From: an uncultured Actinomycetota bacterium
Lineage (GTDB): Bacteria > Actinomycetota > Actinomycetes > Propionibacteriales > Nocardioidaceae
Direction of reading: 5' to 3'
Assembly (NCBI GenBank): GCA_963742765.1
Contig: CAVUMY010000002.1
Coordinates: 1,194,895 to 1,258,894, forward strand
DNA: 64,000 nt
Shown: piece after piece, positions 45,524-55,569 of the stretch
Layout of the letters: each line of letters opens with the position of its first letter
Numbering within the stretch: position 1 is the stretch's first letter
Position numbers and translations under genes: made by a program
The notes under the pieces: generated by a model
The model's input: the letters and a program-made list of their open reading frames with translations, nothing else
Databases searched by the model: none
Told to the model about the DNA's origin: nothing

Positions 45524-45988
45524 TCAGCGACCTCGACGGTCCACACGCTCCCAGGGCCAGTCGGTGGCGAGCCAGCGTGCAACGGCGTCGGCGAGCGGCA
45601 CGTCGAGGCTCGATCTGTCCGCCCGCACCCACGAATGCACCGTGACGTCCCACTCCTCGGAGGCCGAGGGGTACAGGTAGACGCAGCCGATCACGTCGTT
45701 GTCGCCGGGGTCGAGGACGGTGAACGTAAAACCGGCGCCCCGCGTGAAGTCGTCGGCGTGGCCGCGCAGGTCGGAGAGGTTCTCCTCGAGCGTCATGCCG
45801 CTGAGTGGTGGCCAGCTGCTCTCGGCATAGCCGGGGGTGGAGCGGATGTGCTCGATGCTCGACATCCAGGCGGCATGGTCGGCCTCGTTGTGCTGTGGCC
45901 CCAATGGTTCGAGGCGGAAGTGGTCGGTGGCGAGAGAGGTCGGCGGCTCGAAGTCGACCGGCACGAACGCGTCCGAAGGCATGGCCAC
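45524..45988 (-). CDS. GNAT-like acetyltransferase (tentative)
   Basis: 154 aa. HFRLEPLGPQHNEADHAAW...VIGCVYLY resembles RimJ/RimL-type GNAT N-terminal regions. The assignment is weak. Confidence 0.5.
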   Translation of the reverse strand: MAMPSDAFVPVDFEPPTSLATDHFRLEPLGPQHNEADHAAWMSSIEHIRSTPGYAESSWPPLSGMTLEENLSDLRGHADDFTRGAGFTFTVLDPGDNDVIGCVYLYPSASEEWDVTVHSWVRADRSSLDVPLADAVARWLATDWPWERVDRRGR

Positions 45989-46034
45989 GACCGTACGCGG
46001 ATGCCCGGCGGGCAGCTGCCGACGGAGACACCGG

Positions 46035-47144
46035 CTAGCGCGGCAACTGCACCAGGAAGCGGCATCCGCCGCCCACGTTGTGGACGCTCACGGTGCCGCG
46101 ATGCGCTTCGGCGATACCGCGCACGATGGCGAGGCCTAGTCCCGACCCGGCTGCCGCCTCCGGGGTACGAGCGTGGCTGCCGCGCCAGGCCACTTCGAAG
46201 ACGCGGTCGAGGTCGGGCTCCGGGATCCCGCCACACGCGTCGCTCACGGAGAACTCGACCCCGGCCGCACCCTGTCGCGCCGTCACCTCGACGACGCCTT
46301 CGCTCGGCGTGTGCCGGATCGCGTTCGTGACGAGGTTGCCGATCATCCGCGCGAGCTCACGTGGGTCGGCCCGGACGGCCACCCCCGGCTCGGCGTAACC
46401 ACCCAGCCGTACGCCGTTGGCGAGCGCCACCGGCCCGCTCACCGCCAGCGCCTCACTGATCGCGTCCTCGATCGGCACGAGCTCGAGGCTGAGCTGCAGC
46501 GCCCCGGAGTGAATGCGCGACAGCTCGAACAGGTCGTCGACCATCCGGGTCATCCGGTCGACGGTCTCGCGCATCTGCTGGTGGTACCGCGCCGGGTCGT
46601 CCGCCATCCCGTCCTCGAGCGCCTCGGCCATCGCGCGCAGCCCCGCCAGAGGCGTGCGCAAGTCGTGGGAGACCCAGGCCACGAGCTCGCGGCGGGACGC
46701 CTCGAGCGCACGCTCACGCTCCCGGGACGCCTCCAGCCTGGTCGACGTCTCGGCCAGCTGGCTCGATACGGCAGACAGCTCCGACGACGTTCCTGCCGGT
46801 GCCACGAAGGACCCGTGCTCGCCGAGGGCGCGCGTGGCCTCCTGCACGGCACGGGAGCCGCGGACGGTCATGCTCGCCACCAGGAGCGAGAAGGCGAGGG
46901 ACACCAACCCTGCGACCGCCGCCACCCAGAGCACGACCTGGAAGTCGTGCGCGGACAGGAACATGGCTCGCGCGGTGCCGACGATGCCGGCGACCAGGCC
47001 GAGGACCCCGATCATCGCGACGATCGCAAACGACCACCGCAGGGAGCTGGTGCGCGTCACATGAGCGAGGAGCAGCCCGACAACCCCCACCGCAGCGGCG
47101 AGTGCCGCGGCGATGAGGATGACCTGGATGGTCCCCTCAGACAT
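46035..47144 (-). CDS. sensor histidine kinase
   Basis: Two TM segments, H-box ELVAWVSHDLRTPLAGL, and N/G boxes NLVTNAIRHTP and GSGLGLAIVRGI. The start overlaps the RR stop by 8 nt. Confidence 0.9.
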   Translation of the reverse strand: MSEGTIQVILIAAALAAAVGVVGLLLAHVTRTSSLRWSFAIVAMIGVLGLVAGIVGTARAMFLSAHDFQVVLWVAAVAGLVSLAFSLLVASMTVRGSRAVQEATRALGEHGSFVAPAGTSSELSAVSSQLAETSTRLEASRERERALEASRRELVAWVSHDLRTPLAGLRAMAEALEDGMADDPARYHQQMRETVDRMTRMVDDLFELSRIHSGALQLSLELVPIEDAISEALAVSGPVALANGVRLGGYAEPGVAVRADPRELARMIGNLVTNAIRHTPSEGVVEVTARQGAAGVEFSVSDACGGIPEPDLDRVFEVAWRGSHARTPEAAAGSGLGLAIVRGIAEAHRGTVSVHNVGGGCRFLVQLPR

Positions 47145-47823
47145 TGGCGGGCTCCCAGCGGTAGCCGGTCCCCCAGACCGTCACCAGCCGCTTCGGCATC
47201 GTCGGGTCGAGCTCGATCTTTTCGCGCAGCCGCCGCACGTGCACGGTCACCGTCGACTGGTCGCCGAACGACCAGCCCCAGACCTTGTCGAGCAGCTCGA
47301 CACGGGTGAAGGCCACGTTGGGGTTCGCGACGAAGAAGCGGAGCAGGTCGAACTCGCGCATCGTCAGCGGTACCGGCCGACCGTCGAGGGTGACCTGCCG
47401 GCTCGGACCGTCGATGCAGAGAGATCCGTCCTGCAGGACCCTCGGGTCCGGTGAGACCGTTTCGCCGACTCTCCGCAGCACCGACCCCACGCGCAGCACG
47501 AGCTCACGTGGGCTGAACGGCTTGGTCAGGTAGTCGTCGGCGCCGAGCTCGAGGCCCACGACCCGGTCGGCCTCGGCACCAAGAGCGGTGAGCATGATCA
47601 CCGGGACGTCGCCCTCCTTGCGCAGCCGACGGCACACCTCGAGACCGTCCACACCTGGCAGCATGACATCGAGGACCACCAGGTCGGGCTTTTCTCGCGC
47701 CACCAACGTCAGTGCCGTCTCGCCGTCGGCAGCCTCTTGGACGTCGTACTGCTCAGCGCGCAGGTAGGTCAGCACCACCTCTCGCACAGTCGGGTCGTCG
47801 TCGACAACCAAGACCCGGGTCAT
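47137..47823 (-). CDS. OmpR-family response regulator
   Basis: ATG at 47823 (MTRVLVVDDDPTVREV...). Motifs DLVVLDVMLPGVDG and a C-terminal VWGTGYRW. Confidence 0.92.
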   Translation of the reverse strand: MTRVLVVDDDPTVREVVLTYLRAEQYDVQEAADGETALTLVAREKPDLVVLDVMLPGVDGLEVCRRLRKEGDVPVIMLTALGAEADRVVGLELGADDYLTKPFSPRELVLRVGSVLRRVGETVSPDPRVLQDGSLCIDGPSRQVTLDGRPVPLTMREFDLLRFFVANPNVAFTRVELLDKVWGWSFGDQSTVTVHVRRLREKIELDPTMPKRLVTVWGTGYRWEPANV

Positions 47824-48314
47824 GACCCACCTGTCCGCGTGACCGTCGGGAAGTCCGCATCGGCTCCAGTATGACCGCCGGGCTCGACGGGGTTGACGTG
47901 CTCGTCCACGCGCAGCAGCTGCCGCCTGTTCCACCACGAGGCGGCTACCACCCCCGCGGCGACGAGCGCTGCGAGCACCAGCCACCCGGTGGTGTAGTTG
48001 CGGTCCAGGAGCGTCGGGTTGTCAGCCCGGGCACCGAACCGGCCCAGGACCGGTATCGCCATGATCGTGGCGCTGCCGAGCACGACGAAGCCGCCAACGA
48101 CCGGAGCCCTGGCCCAGCGGGGCAAGACTCGCACCGTCATGACCCCCAGCACCACCACGACCGGCGCGAGCAGACCGTCGTGAGCGATGACACCGCCGAT
48201 CAGCCAGAACGTCGTGTGCGTGAGGTTGTCGACACCCCGGTCGACGAGCTTCATCACGCCGACGGCGCCGAGCAGGATCCCGACCAGCCCGATGAGGGCC
48301 CGCATCGTTCTCAT
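47820..48314 (-). CDS. membrane protein of unknown function
   Basis: ATG at 48314 (MRTMRALIGLVGILLGAV...). Four or five TM segments and ATGA overlaps on both sides. Confidence 0.6.
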   Translation of the reverse strand: MRTMRALIGLVGILLGAVGVMKLVDRGVDNLTHTTFWLIGGVIAHDGLLAPVVVVLGVMTVRVLPRWARAPVVGGFVVLGSATIMAIPVLGRFGARADNPTLLDRNYTTGWLVLAALVAAGVVAASWWNRRQLLRVDEHVNPVEPGGHTGADADFPTVTRTGGS

Positions 48315-49516
48315 GCCTGCACCTCTAAAGCGTTGACCCACTTGGTCTGCTTCACGCCGGGGCGGTTGGGTGCGATCAGCCGGCACGGGTACCCATGGTC
48401 GATCGACAGCGGCGAACCGTTGAGCTCCAGCGCCAGCAGGGTGAGCGGGTCACGCGCGAACTGCTGCGGAAGCAGGCTCACGCCGTAGTAGCCGACCTGC
48501 TGGAGGGACCGGACGAGCACGTCCGAGCCCGCCGGTGCCTGGACGAGCGAGAGCAGGTCGACCATGCGAACACCCCGCCAGTCACCCGAGGCACTCCAGC
48601 CCTCTACGCAGGCGATCGGCAACGTCGCCGAAGTCTGCGGCATCGCACGCAGGTCGTCGAGGGTGAGCTCGACCTTGCTGGTCCCGAACGAGACCGACAT
48701 CCGGTAGTCGGGGTCGATCGCGGCCGAGGTGACCTGCGCGGCACGCGCGCTCTTGTTGATCGGGATCCCTTGGGGGCCGTCGCCCGACCGGACGCCGAAC
48801 ACGGAGACCTTTCGCAGCCACGGCACTGTCTCGCCCGCCATCGACAGCGCTACGACTCCGGTCGCCAACCAGGTCGTGCGCAACAATCCGCGCCGCGTCA
48901 GACCGGGTGTCGCCTCCGCCGCCGGTTGACGGTGGTCGTCCGGCCCGACGTCCGCGTCGACCGGAGACGTGAGCGCCGCACGGATGAGCGGCAGCTTGAC
49001 CGCGATGTGCAGCACCAGCGCGCCGATGGCGATCCAGGCCACGGCGTAGTGGGTGGCCCGGAACGAGAAGCTCCACGGGTACCACTGGGCGGAGTTGGCC
49101 AGGCCGGTCGAGAGCTGGAAGACCGAGGCCGACACGAGCACCGCGATCGAGATGCGTTCGAGCACCTGCAGGGTCAACCGGCGTACGTGCGTGAGGTCGA
49201 AGCGCTCGAACAGCTTGGGGTAGACCGACCACAGCTTCACGAGTAGCAGCGGCACCGCCGCTGAACCGCTGATCACGTGGAGTCCCTGGGTGAAGCGGTA
49301 CAGCGAGACGGGCCGGGTGGGCAGCGTGAGCCAGCCGGTCGGGTTCTGCGCGAAATGCGAGTACAGGCCGGTCAGGAACGCGAGGCCGAAGCAGACCCCC
49401 AGCCAGAGCCCGACGCGCGCGGTGACGGCCGGGCTGCGCAGCCGGGAGGAGAAGGACTCCGGCGTCGGTGCCAAGGCCGCGACCTTCTCGAGCACGGAGA
49501 TCCGGGACGCGACCAT
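48311..49516 (-). CDS. molybdopterin-dependent oxidoreductase (sulfite-oxidase-fold) with N-terminal membrane domain
   Basis: The C-terminal part has LPIACVEGWSASGDWRGVRMVDLL and DHGYPCRLIAPNRPGVKQTKWV, typical of Oxidored_molyb domains. The N-terminal part has about 5 TM helices. The start at 49516 was chosen for its TGATG coupling. Confidence 0.78.
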   Translation of the reverse strand: MVASRISVLEKVAALAPTPESFSSRLRSPAVTARVGLWLGVCFGLAFLTGLYSHFAQNPTGWLTLPTRPVSLYRFTQGLHVISGSAAVPLLLVKLWSVYPKLFERFDLTHVRRLTLQVLERISIAVLVSASVFQLSTGLANSAQWYPWSFSFRATHYAVAWIAIGALVLHIAVKLPLIRAALTSPVDADVGPDDHRQPAAEATPGLTRRGLLRTTWLATGVVALSMAGETVPWLRKVSVFGVRSGDGPQGIPINKSARAAQVTSAAIDPDYRMSVSFGTSKVELTLDDLRAMPQTSATLPIACVEGWSASGDWRGVRMVDLLSLVQAPAGSDVLVRSLQQVGYYGVSLLPQQFARDPLTLLALELNGSPLSIDHGYPCRLIAPNRPGVKQTKWVNALEVQA

Positions 49517-50211
49517 CACGACGAGCTCTTCTGCAGGGCCGCGAACCAACGTCCGTCGTGCTCGACCACCTCGAGCACGCGCAGCGACGCCTCGGCCGCC
49601 AGTTGCTCGATCCGGTCAGCCGGCACGATCGCCCACGGGAACGGCTGCGATCGACGGCCGGCGACCTCCAGCCCGATGTGGTGCACGCTCACGTGTCCCC
49701 CCGGCCTCGAGAGGTCGATGACCACACGGCCACCGTCGACGATGAGCTCTGCGACCCGGCGGAGGAGACGGACCGGGTCGCCACCGATCCCGATGTTCCC
49801 ATCGGCGAGCAAGGCTGTCTCCCATCGGCCTTCTGCGGGCAGTGGCGAGAACACATCACGCTGCAACGCGAGCGCGCCGCGGCGACGCGTCTGCCGGACG
49901 GCTTCTTGTACGACGTCGATGCCCAGCGCACGCACGCCGAGGCAGAGCAACGCATGTGTCATCCGACCGGGGCCGCACCCGATGTCGACCGTGCTCCCCT
50001 GACAGCGGGCGAGCAGCTGGTGGTCGCCTGCGTCCGCGTCACCACGCCAACGCCAAGCAGGCATGGCCTGGACGTCGTGGCCGAGCCCGAAGATGCGGCA
50101 GTGCTCACCGCGGAGCGCAGCGGTGAACGCCCCTCCGGGTGACAACGTGCTTCGGTGTACGTCGACCAGCTCACCTGCGGCCTCCAGCTCGGCGACGTCC
50201 GAGGCCTTCAC
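49516..50211 (-). CDS. class I SAM-dependent methyltransferase
   Basis: Motif I VDIGCGPGRMTHAL. GTGA overlap with the upstream gene. Confidence 0.85.
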   Translation of the reverse strand: MKASDVAELEAAGELVDVHRSTLSPGGAFTAALRGEHCRIFGLGHDVQAMPAWRWRGDADAGDHQLLARCQGSTVDIGCGPGRMTHALLCLGVRALGIDVVQEAVRQTRRRGALALQRDVFSPLPAEGRWETALLADGNIGIGGDPVRLLRRVAELIVDGGRVVIDLSRPGGHVSVHHIGLEVAGRRSQPFPWAIVPADRIEQLAAEASLRVLEVVEHDGRWFAALQKSSS

Positions 50212-50933
50212 CGGGTGGCCCCTCGCCGGCCGGCGCCTGTCGCGTGCCGGTACACCTGCGCGAAGAGCCGGCTGAACGCCAGCTGTGGAAACTGCTGCGT
50301 CACTGCGTGTGCGTCCGCGACGGTGTCGACGTCGGTGAGCTCATGCAGGATGGTGACGGTGGCGCCGCCTCGGCGCAGCGCTTGGGCGGTCAGGTGGCCG
50401 GTGTCGGCACGCGACATCGGCACACCGGCCAGGCTGTCCGCGAGACCCGGGCGACCGGTCGCCAGCCCCCACCAGCCACCATCTGCGGCGGGTCCGAGTG
50501 CACACGCCTGGCTGTCGCCGCGCGCCACGTGCGTCAGCCGGGTGAGGTCAGCACCGGACACCTGCGGTGTATCGGTCCCGATCTGCACGACCACGTGGTC
50601 TCCCCACATCGCCGCAGCGTCCCGATGGGCGTTGACCAACCGCTCGGCGAAGCCTGCACCACGCTGATCGACCCGGTGCCAGCTGTCGAGTCGGTCGGCG
50701 AGCTGCTCTCCGGCTGCGGCATGGGCCAGGTCCCCCGTGAAGGCCAGGAGTCGATGGTCCGACCCCGCCACGGCTTCGACGGCATCGAGCGTGTCGAGCA
50801 GCGCCGCAGCCGCCAGCTCGGCGGCGGTGACGTCGCCCAGGGTGACGGCGAGCCTGGTCTTGGCCAGTCCCGGTACGGGCGCCTTGGCCATCACGAGGAC
50901 GCGGACCGGCGCGGCCTCGTGCGCGTGGCTCAT
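50208..50933 (-). CDS. DUF2064-family (TIGR04282-like) nucleotidyl/glycosyl-transferase-like protein
   Basis: Hallmark N-terminus VRVLVMAKAPVPGLAKTRL. Confidence 0.78.
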   Translation of the reverse strand: MSHAHEAAPVRVLVMAKAPVPGLAKTRLAVTLGDVTAAELAAAALLDTLDAVEAVAGSDHRLLAFTGDLAHAAAGEQLADRLDSWHRVDQRGAGFAERLVNAHRDAAAMWGDHVVVQIGTDTPQVSGADLTRLTHVARGDSQACALGPAADGGWWGLATGRPGLADSLAGVPMSRADTGHLTAQALRRGGATVTILHELTDVDTVADAHAVTQQFPQLAFSRLFAQVYRHATGAGRRGATR

Positions 50934-51589
50934 GGCAGCATCCGGGCGAAGTCGCGGGCTGTCCGGAGCGTGCCTCGGACCGATCCCGAGACCTTGGACG
51001 ACGTACCGGCGGCCCGCGGCCGGTAGGTGATGTCGTGCTCGGTCAGCACCCAGCCGGCGGACTGTGCCTTGACGAGCAGCTCGACGGGGTAGCCGAATCG
51101 TCGGTCTTCCAGGCCGAGGGCGAGAAGGTCGGCGGTCCGGCAGACCCGCATCGGAGCGATGTCGCGCACGGCCAGCCCGGTACGACGGCGCAGCCAGGCC
51201 AGCACGAGTGCGTTACCCCACCGGGCGTGCCACGGATGGGCTGCCGAGGACACCGGGCGCCGGCGGCCGACGGCCATGGTGGCTCGGCCCTGTTCGACGT
51301 CGTCGAGGAGAAGCAGGAGGTCAGCAGGGTTCATCGAGCCATCGCCGTCCATCACCGCGACGAACTCGGCCGAGGCCGCCTCGATCCCCCTGTGCACGGC
51401 CGCGCCGTACCCGGCCAGCTCCTCGTGGACGACCCGGGCCCCGAGCGCCCGGGCGACATCGGCGGTGCCGTCGCGCGAGCCGTTGTCGACCACGATCACG
51501 TCGAACGCGTCGGGCACCGCGGCGATGACCGTGGGAAGCGCCGCCGCCTCATCACGGCACGGCAGTACCAGGTCGCATCGCGGTGACAT
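50930..51589 (-). CDS. family-2 glycosyltransferase (TIGR04283-like partner of DUF2064)
   Basis: ATG at 51589 (MSPRCDLVLPCRDEAAAL...). Motifs VIVVDNGSRDGTADVA and VMDGDGS. Confidence 0.83.
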   Translation of the reverse strand: MSPRCDLVLPCRDEAAALPTVIAAVPDAFDVIVVDNGSRDGTADVARALGARVVHEELAGYGAAVHRGIEAASAEFVAVMDGDGSMNPADLLLLLDDVEQGRATMAVGRRRPVSSAAHPWHARWGNALVLAWLRRRTGLAVRDIAPMRVCRTADLLALGLEDRRFGYPVELLVKAQSAGWVLTEHDITYRPRAAGTSSKVSGSVRGTLRTARDFARMLP

Positions 51590-51687
51590 GGCTCCACCGT
51601 AGGGAAGAAGCACGGCAAACACCCGCGAGAGCGGCTTACGGAACTGTGACGACGGCCCCCTGCCCCCGCGGGGCTCGCCGGGTCCGC

Positions 51688-52449
51688 TCAGAGATTGAGG
51701 TGATCCTTGAGCAGGGCGTAGCCGACGAACGCGACGACATCGAGCAAGGTGTGAGCGATGACCAACGGCAGGATCCGGCCCTTGCGATGGAAGTAGCCGG
51801 CGAAGACGAGCCCCATGACAGCGTTGCCGAGGAACGCACCGAACCCCTGGTAGAGGTGGTAGCTGCCCCGAAGTACAGCGCTCGCCGACAGCACCCAGGC
51901 CGGCGTCCACCCGAGCTGCCGCAGCCGGGTGATCAGGTAGCCGACGACCACGACCTCCTCGAGGAGCGCGTTCTGGGCTGCCGCCAGCACCAGGACCGGG
52001 AGCGTCCACCAGTGCTCGTTGAGCGCGGTCGGGACGACGGTGGCGTTGAGGTTCAGCGCCTTGGCCAGGTAGTAGAGCCCCAGCCCCGGTATGCCGATCA
52101 CGGCCGCCAGCCCGGCCCCCCAGGCGAGGTCGTGGACGACCTGGGCCCTACTGCGCACGTCGAGGCCGAGCCGGCGCACGGCCGACCGGCCCTGTTCGGT
52201 CAGCAGGTAGACCACGAGGGCCACCGGGACCAGCGCGACCAGGATGCCGGTCAGCTGGTAGGTCAGGTCCAGCAGCGGCCGCGGCGTGTAGGACTCGTTG
52301 AGTGTCGCGGTCTGCTGGGAGAGCTTGCCGGGCTCGGTGAGCTTCGCGACCAGGCTGATGACGGAGTAGACGGCCGACGCCCCCAGGGAGAGCCCGAGCA
52401 CGATGACGATCTCCCACCGCATCCGCTTCGCCGCGGGGGCGTTCAACAC
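51688..52449 (-). CDS. CPBP-family intramembrane glutamic endopeptidase (CAAX protease-like)
   Basis: Motifs LLEEVVVVGYL, RGSYHLYQG and AHTLLDVVAF in a polytopic protein. Confidence 0.8.
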   Translation of the reverse strand: MLNAPAAKRMRWEIVIVLGLSLGASAVYSVISLVAKLTEPGKLSQQTATLNESYTPRPLLDLTYQLTGILVALVPVALVVYLLTEQGRSAVRRLGLDVRSRAQVVHDLAWGAGLAAVIGIPGLGLYYLAKALNLNATVVPTALNEHWWTLPVLVLAAAQNALLEEVVVVGYLITRLRQLGWTPAWVLSASAVLRGSYHLYQGFGAFLGNAVMGLVFAGYFHRKGRILPLVIAHTLLDVVAFVGYALLKDHLNL

Positions 52450-52575
52450 GCGGTCGCCGCGGCCGGCGTCGGCCGCAGTTCGCGGCGACGTCGTCGGACG
52501 GCGTACGGGCAGACGAGCTCACGGGGGCAAGTCTGCCGTGAGCCACCAAGAAGCGGCTGAGGTTGTCGTCGACCG

Positions 52576-53124
52576 GTGGGTACGCTCGACGCCATGAGCC
52601 AGCCGGTCGAGCCGTCCGTCCCCCAGGGTTCTGAGGATCCGACCAGGTCTGCGCCGGCCGAGCAGGGACGCGTCATCGTGGTCACCTACAACCACATCGC
52701 AGCGGCGATCGCCGCCATGGCCACCGTCGTGGGACGGCCCGTTGTGGTGCTCGACCATCGGGGTGGACATCCGGAGCCGACCGCGTGGCTGGACGAGAAC
52801 GCGTTGCTGGCCGACGACTCCCTGGTCGTGTGCGACCACGATGCCCCCGGCGCCCTCGACCTGTTGAGGGCGGGGCTGCGTGGTCCGGGCGGCTACGTCG
52901 CGATGATGGGAAGCCGGCGCCGGGCCGAGCACGTGTTCGCCATGCTGCGTGACGAGGGCTTCACACCGGACGAGAAGGCGCGGCTGCGTGTGCCGGCCGG
53001 GCTGGACATCGGCGGCAAGGCACCCGGTGAGATCGCCCTGTCGGTGCTGGCCGAGATCGTCGCGACGTCGTACGCGCGTCCCGGCGGTCCGATGAGCGCC
53101 GCGGTCACGCGCGACCACACGTGA
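52576..53124 (+). CDS. XdhC/CoxI-family accessory protein (Rossmann-like C-terminal domain)
   Basis: Motifs YVAMMGSRRRAEHVF and RLRVPAGLDIGGKAPGEIALSVLAEIVA. An alternative ATG is at 52594. Confidence 0.7.
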   Translation: MGTLDAMSQPVEPSVPQGSEDPTRSAPAEQGRVIVVTYNHIAAAIAAMATVVGRPVVVLDHRGGHPEPTAWLDENALLADDSLVVCDHDAPGALDLLRAGLRGPGGYVAMMGSRRRAEHVFAMLRDEGFTPDEKARLRVPAGLDIGGKAPGEIALSVLAEIVATSYARPGGPMSAAVTRDHT

Positions 53125-54506
53125 CGATGCCTACCCGCGTCGACGTGCGGGCGCTGGTCCGGGGACCGGCGATCATCGGCCTGGCGGTTGCTGTCCTGTT
53201 GATGCTGCTGGCCGGCTTGATCCCTGTGGTGCTGAGCTGGGACGTGCACATGCGGTCGTGGCCGCCTCTGCACGTCTACAAGGACCCACGGGTCGGTCCG
53301 GGGACGGCCCCGGCCGTGCTGATCGCGGTGCTCGGCGTGATCTACGCGGCCAGGTTCGCGCAGACCGCATCGTGGCGGATGCTGCTCCTCGGCAGCTACG
53401 GCACCGCCCTGGCGTGGTTGGCGAGCCTGGCGCTGGTCGACGGCAACAGCGGCATCGGCGTCATCCTCAACTACAAGTACGAGTACCTCAACACGGCACG
53501 CACGATCGACTCCTGGTCGGCGTTGTCGACGATGCTGCACGAGTACGTCGCCCGGATCGACGCTGATCACCCGCACAACTGGCCGACCCACATCGCCGGA
53601 CACCCGCCTGGCGCGGTCATGTTCTTCATCGCACTGGTGGCGATCGGCCTGGGCAGCGGTCTCGCCGCCGGCTGGGTCGTCATCATCGTGTCGTCCACGA
53701 CGGCTGTCGCCGTCCTGCAGACCCTTCGGGTACTGGATCAGGAGGATGTGGCCCGCCGGGCGGCGCCGTTCCTCGTGCTCGGTCCGGCCGCGATCTGGAT
53801 GGCGGTCTCGGCCGACGCCGTGTTCGGGACGGTCGCTGCCTGGGGCACGTGCTGTCTCGCGGTCGCCGCGACCAGGTCGACGACCAGAGGGACCGCCCTG
53901 TGGTCTGTGCTGGCAGGCCTGTTGCTCGGCTACTGCGTCATGATGTCCTACGGCCTCGCGCTGCTCGCAGTCCTGGCCGTCGCCGTGTTGGTCATCACGC
54001 GACGATGGTCCCCACTCCCCTGGGTCGCCGGAGCCGGCGTTGCGGTCCTGCTCGCCTTCTACGTGGCCGGCTTCGCCTGGTGGGACGGTCTTCCGGCGTT
54101 GCACGTGCGCCAGTTCCGCGGGGTGGCCGCGAGTCGGCCGCAGCAGTACTACCTGTGGGGCAACCTGGCTGCGCTCGCCTGGAGCGCCGGCCCTGTCATG
54201 TACTCGGGCCTCGCAGTAGTGGTGGGCCGACGCTGGTCGTCGTGGCGTGAACTGTTGGCGGCACGGTCAGGTGCCCTGGCCTCGACCCGGGTCGTCGCGC
54301 TGTTGTCGCTGGCGGGGGTGGCCATGGTGTTCGGCGCTGACGTGTCCGGGGCGAGCCGTGGTGAGGTCGAGCGGATCTGGTTGCCGTTCGTTCCCTGGCT
54401 GCTGGTCGCGACGGCACTCCTGCCACGTCCGTGGCGGCGGGTCGGGCTGTTCCTCCAGGTGACCGTCGCCCTGCTCGCCCAGCACTTGCTGCACCCGGAC
54501 TGGTAG
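53121..54506 (+). CDS. polytopic membrane protein, possibly GT-C-type glycosyltransferase
   Basis: 461 aa with at least 10 TM segments. GTGA overlap with the XdhC gene. No firm family motif. Confidence 0.5.
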   Translation: MTMPTRVDVRALVRGPAIIGLAVAVLLMLLAGLIPVVLSWDVHMRSWPPLHVYKDPRVGPGTAPAVLIAVLGVIYAARFAQTASWRMLLLGSYGTALAWLASLALVDGNSGIGVILNYKYEYLNTARTIDSWSALSTMLHEYVARIDADHPHNWPTHIAGHPPGAVMFFIALVAIGLGSGLAAGWVVIIVSSTTAVAVLQTLRVLDQEDVARRAAPFLVLGPAAIWMAVSADAVFGTVAAWGTCCLAVAATRSTTRGTALWSVLAGLLLGYCVMMSYGLALLAVLAVAVLVITRRWSPLPWVAGAGVAVLLAFYVAGFAWWDGLPALHVRQFRGVAASRPQQYYLWGNLAALAWSAGPVMYSGLAVVVGRRWSSWRELLAARSGALASTRVVALLSLAGVAMVFGADVSGASRGEVERIWLPFVPWLLVATALLPRPWRRVGLFLQVTVALLAQHLLHPDW

Positions 54507-54507
54507 C

Positions 54508-55569
54508 TCAGTCGTCTCGAAGCGGCGCTGTGGCAAAGGCCCGCAGCCCGTCGGACGGCGCGATCTCCGCGGTGAACCCCAGGACGTCCCGCGCGCGTTC
54601 GGGGCTCGCCACGATGTGGCGCACGTCGCCCGCCCTGAACTGGCCGGTGACCCGTGGGGCCAGCTCGTCGCGCCCGGTGCCCGACGCGACCAGCTGCGCC
54701 ACCTCGGCGATCCGCACCGGCTGTCCCGAGCACACGTTGAACGCCTCGAACGTGTCGACGTCGAGGTCCATCACCCGCTCGATCGCCCGCACGTTCGCGC
54801 GTCCGACGTCGTCGACGTGCACGAAGTCGCGCATCTGGCCGCCGTCCTCGTACACCGTGGGCGCCTGGCCAGCCTCCAGGGACGACCGGAACATGGCCGC
54901 GACTCCCGAGTAGGGCGTGTCCCGTGGCATGCCGGGTCCGTAGACGTTGTGGTAGCGCAAGGCCACGACCGAGCCGGGCAACTGCCGGGCCCACGCCAGG
55001 GCGTAGTGCTCCTGCGCGAGCTTGCTCGCGGCGTAGCTGCTGCGCGGCTGAAGCCGGGCATCTTCGTCGACAGGCGCCCAGGTCATCGCTCGGCCGCATC
55101 GGGGGCAGCCGACCTCGAACGAACCGGCCGCCAGGTCGTCCAGACCACGGGCCGAGGCGTCCTGGTCATCGTGGTCCGGACAGCGGTACCGGCCGTCTCC
55201 GTACACAACCATCGACGACGCCAGGGCCAGCCGAGCGACGCCCGCATCGGCCATGGTGGCGAGCAGCACCGCAGTGCCCAGGTCGTTGTGACCGGCGTAC
55301 AACGGCAGGTCGGCCGGCGTGACTCCGGATCCCACCATCGCCGCCTGGTGACAGACGACATCGACCCCGGCGAGCAGTGGCGCGAGCGCGTCGGCTGCCC
55401 GCACGTCGACGCGGAGGATCGCACCGGCCCGCGCATGCCGCATGCCGCCACCCGTGTGGGCCTGTGGGATGAACGCATCGAGGGGGACGACCTCGTGACC
55501 GGCCAGCTCCAGCTGCGACCAGACGGCGCCGCCGATGAAGCCTCCGGCGCCGGTGAGCAACACCCTCAT
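54508..55569 (-). CDS. NAD-dependent epimerase/dehydratase
   Basis: N-terminus MRVLLTGAGGFIGGAV and the YAASK catalytic motif. Confidence 0.9.
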   Translation of the reverse strand: MRVLLTGAGGFIGGAVWSQLELAGHEVVPLDAFIPQAHTGGGMRHARAGAILRVDVRAADALAPLLAGVDVVCHQAAMVGSGVTPADLPLYAGHNDLGTAVLLATMADAGVARLALASSMVVYGDGRYRCPDHDDQDASARGLDDLAAGSFEVGCPRCGRAMTWAPVDEDARLQPRSSYAASKLAQEHYALAWARQLPGSVVALRYHNVYGPGMPRDTPYSGVAAMFRSSLEAGQAPTVYEDGGQMRDFVHVDDVGRANVRAIERVMDLDVDTFEAFNVCSGQPVRIAEVAQLVASGTGRDELAPRVTGQFRAGDVRHIVASPERARDVLGFTAEIAPSDGLRAFATAPLRDD

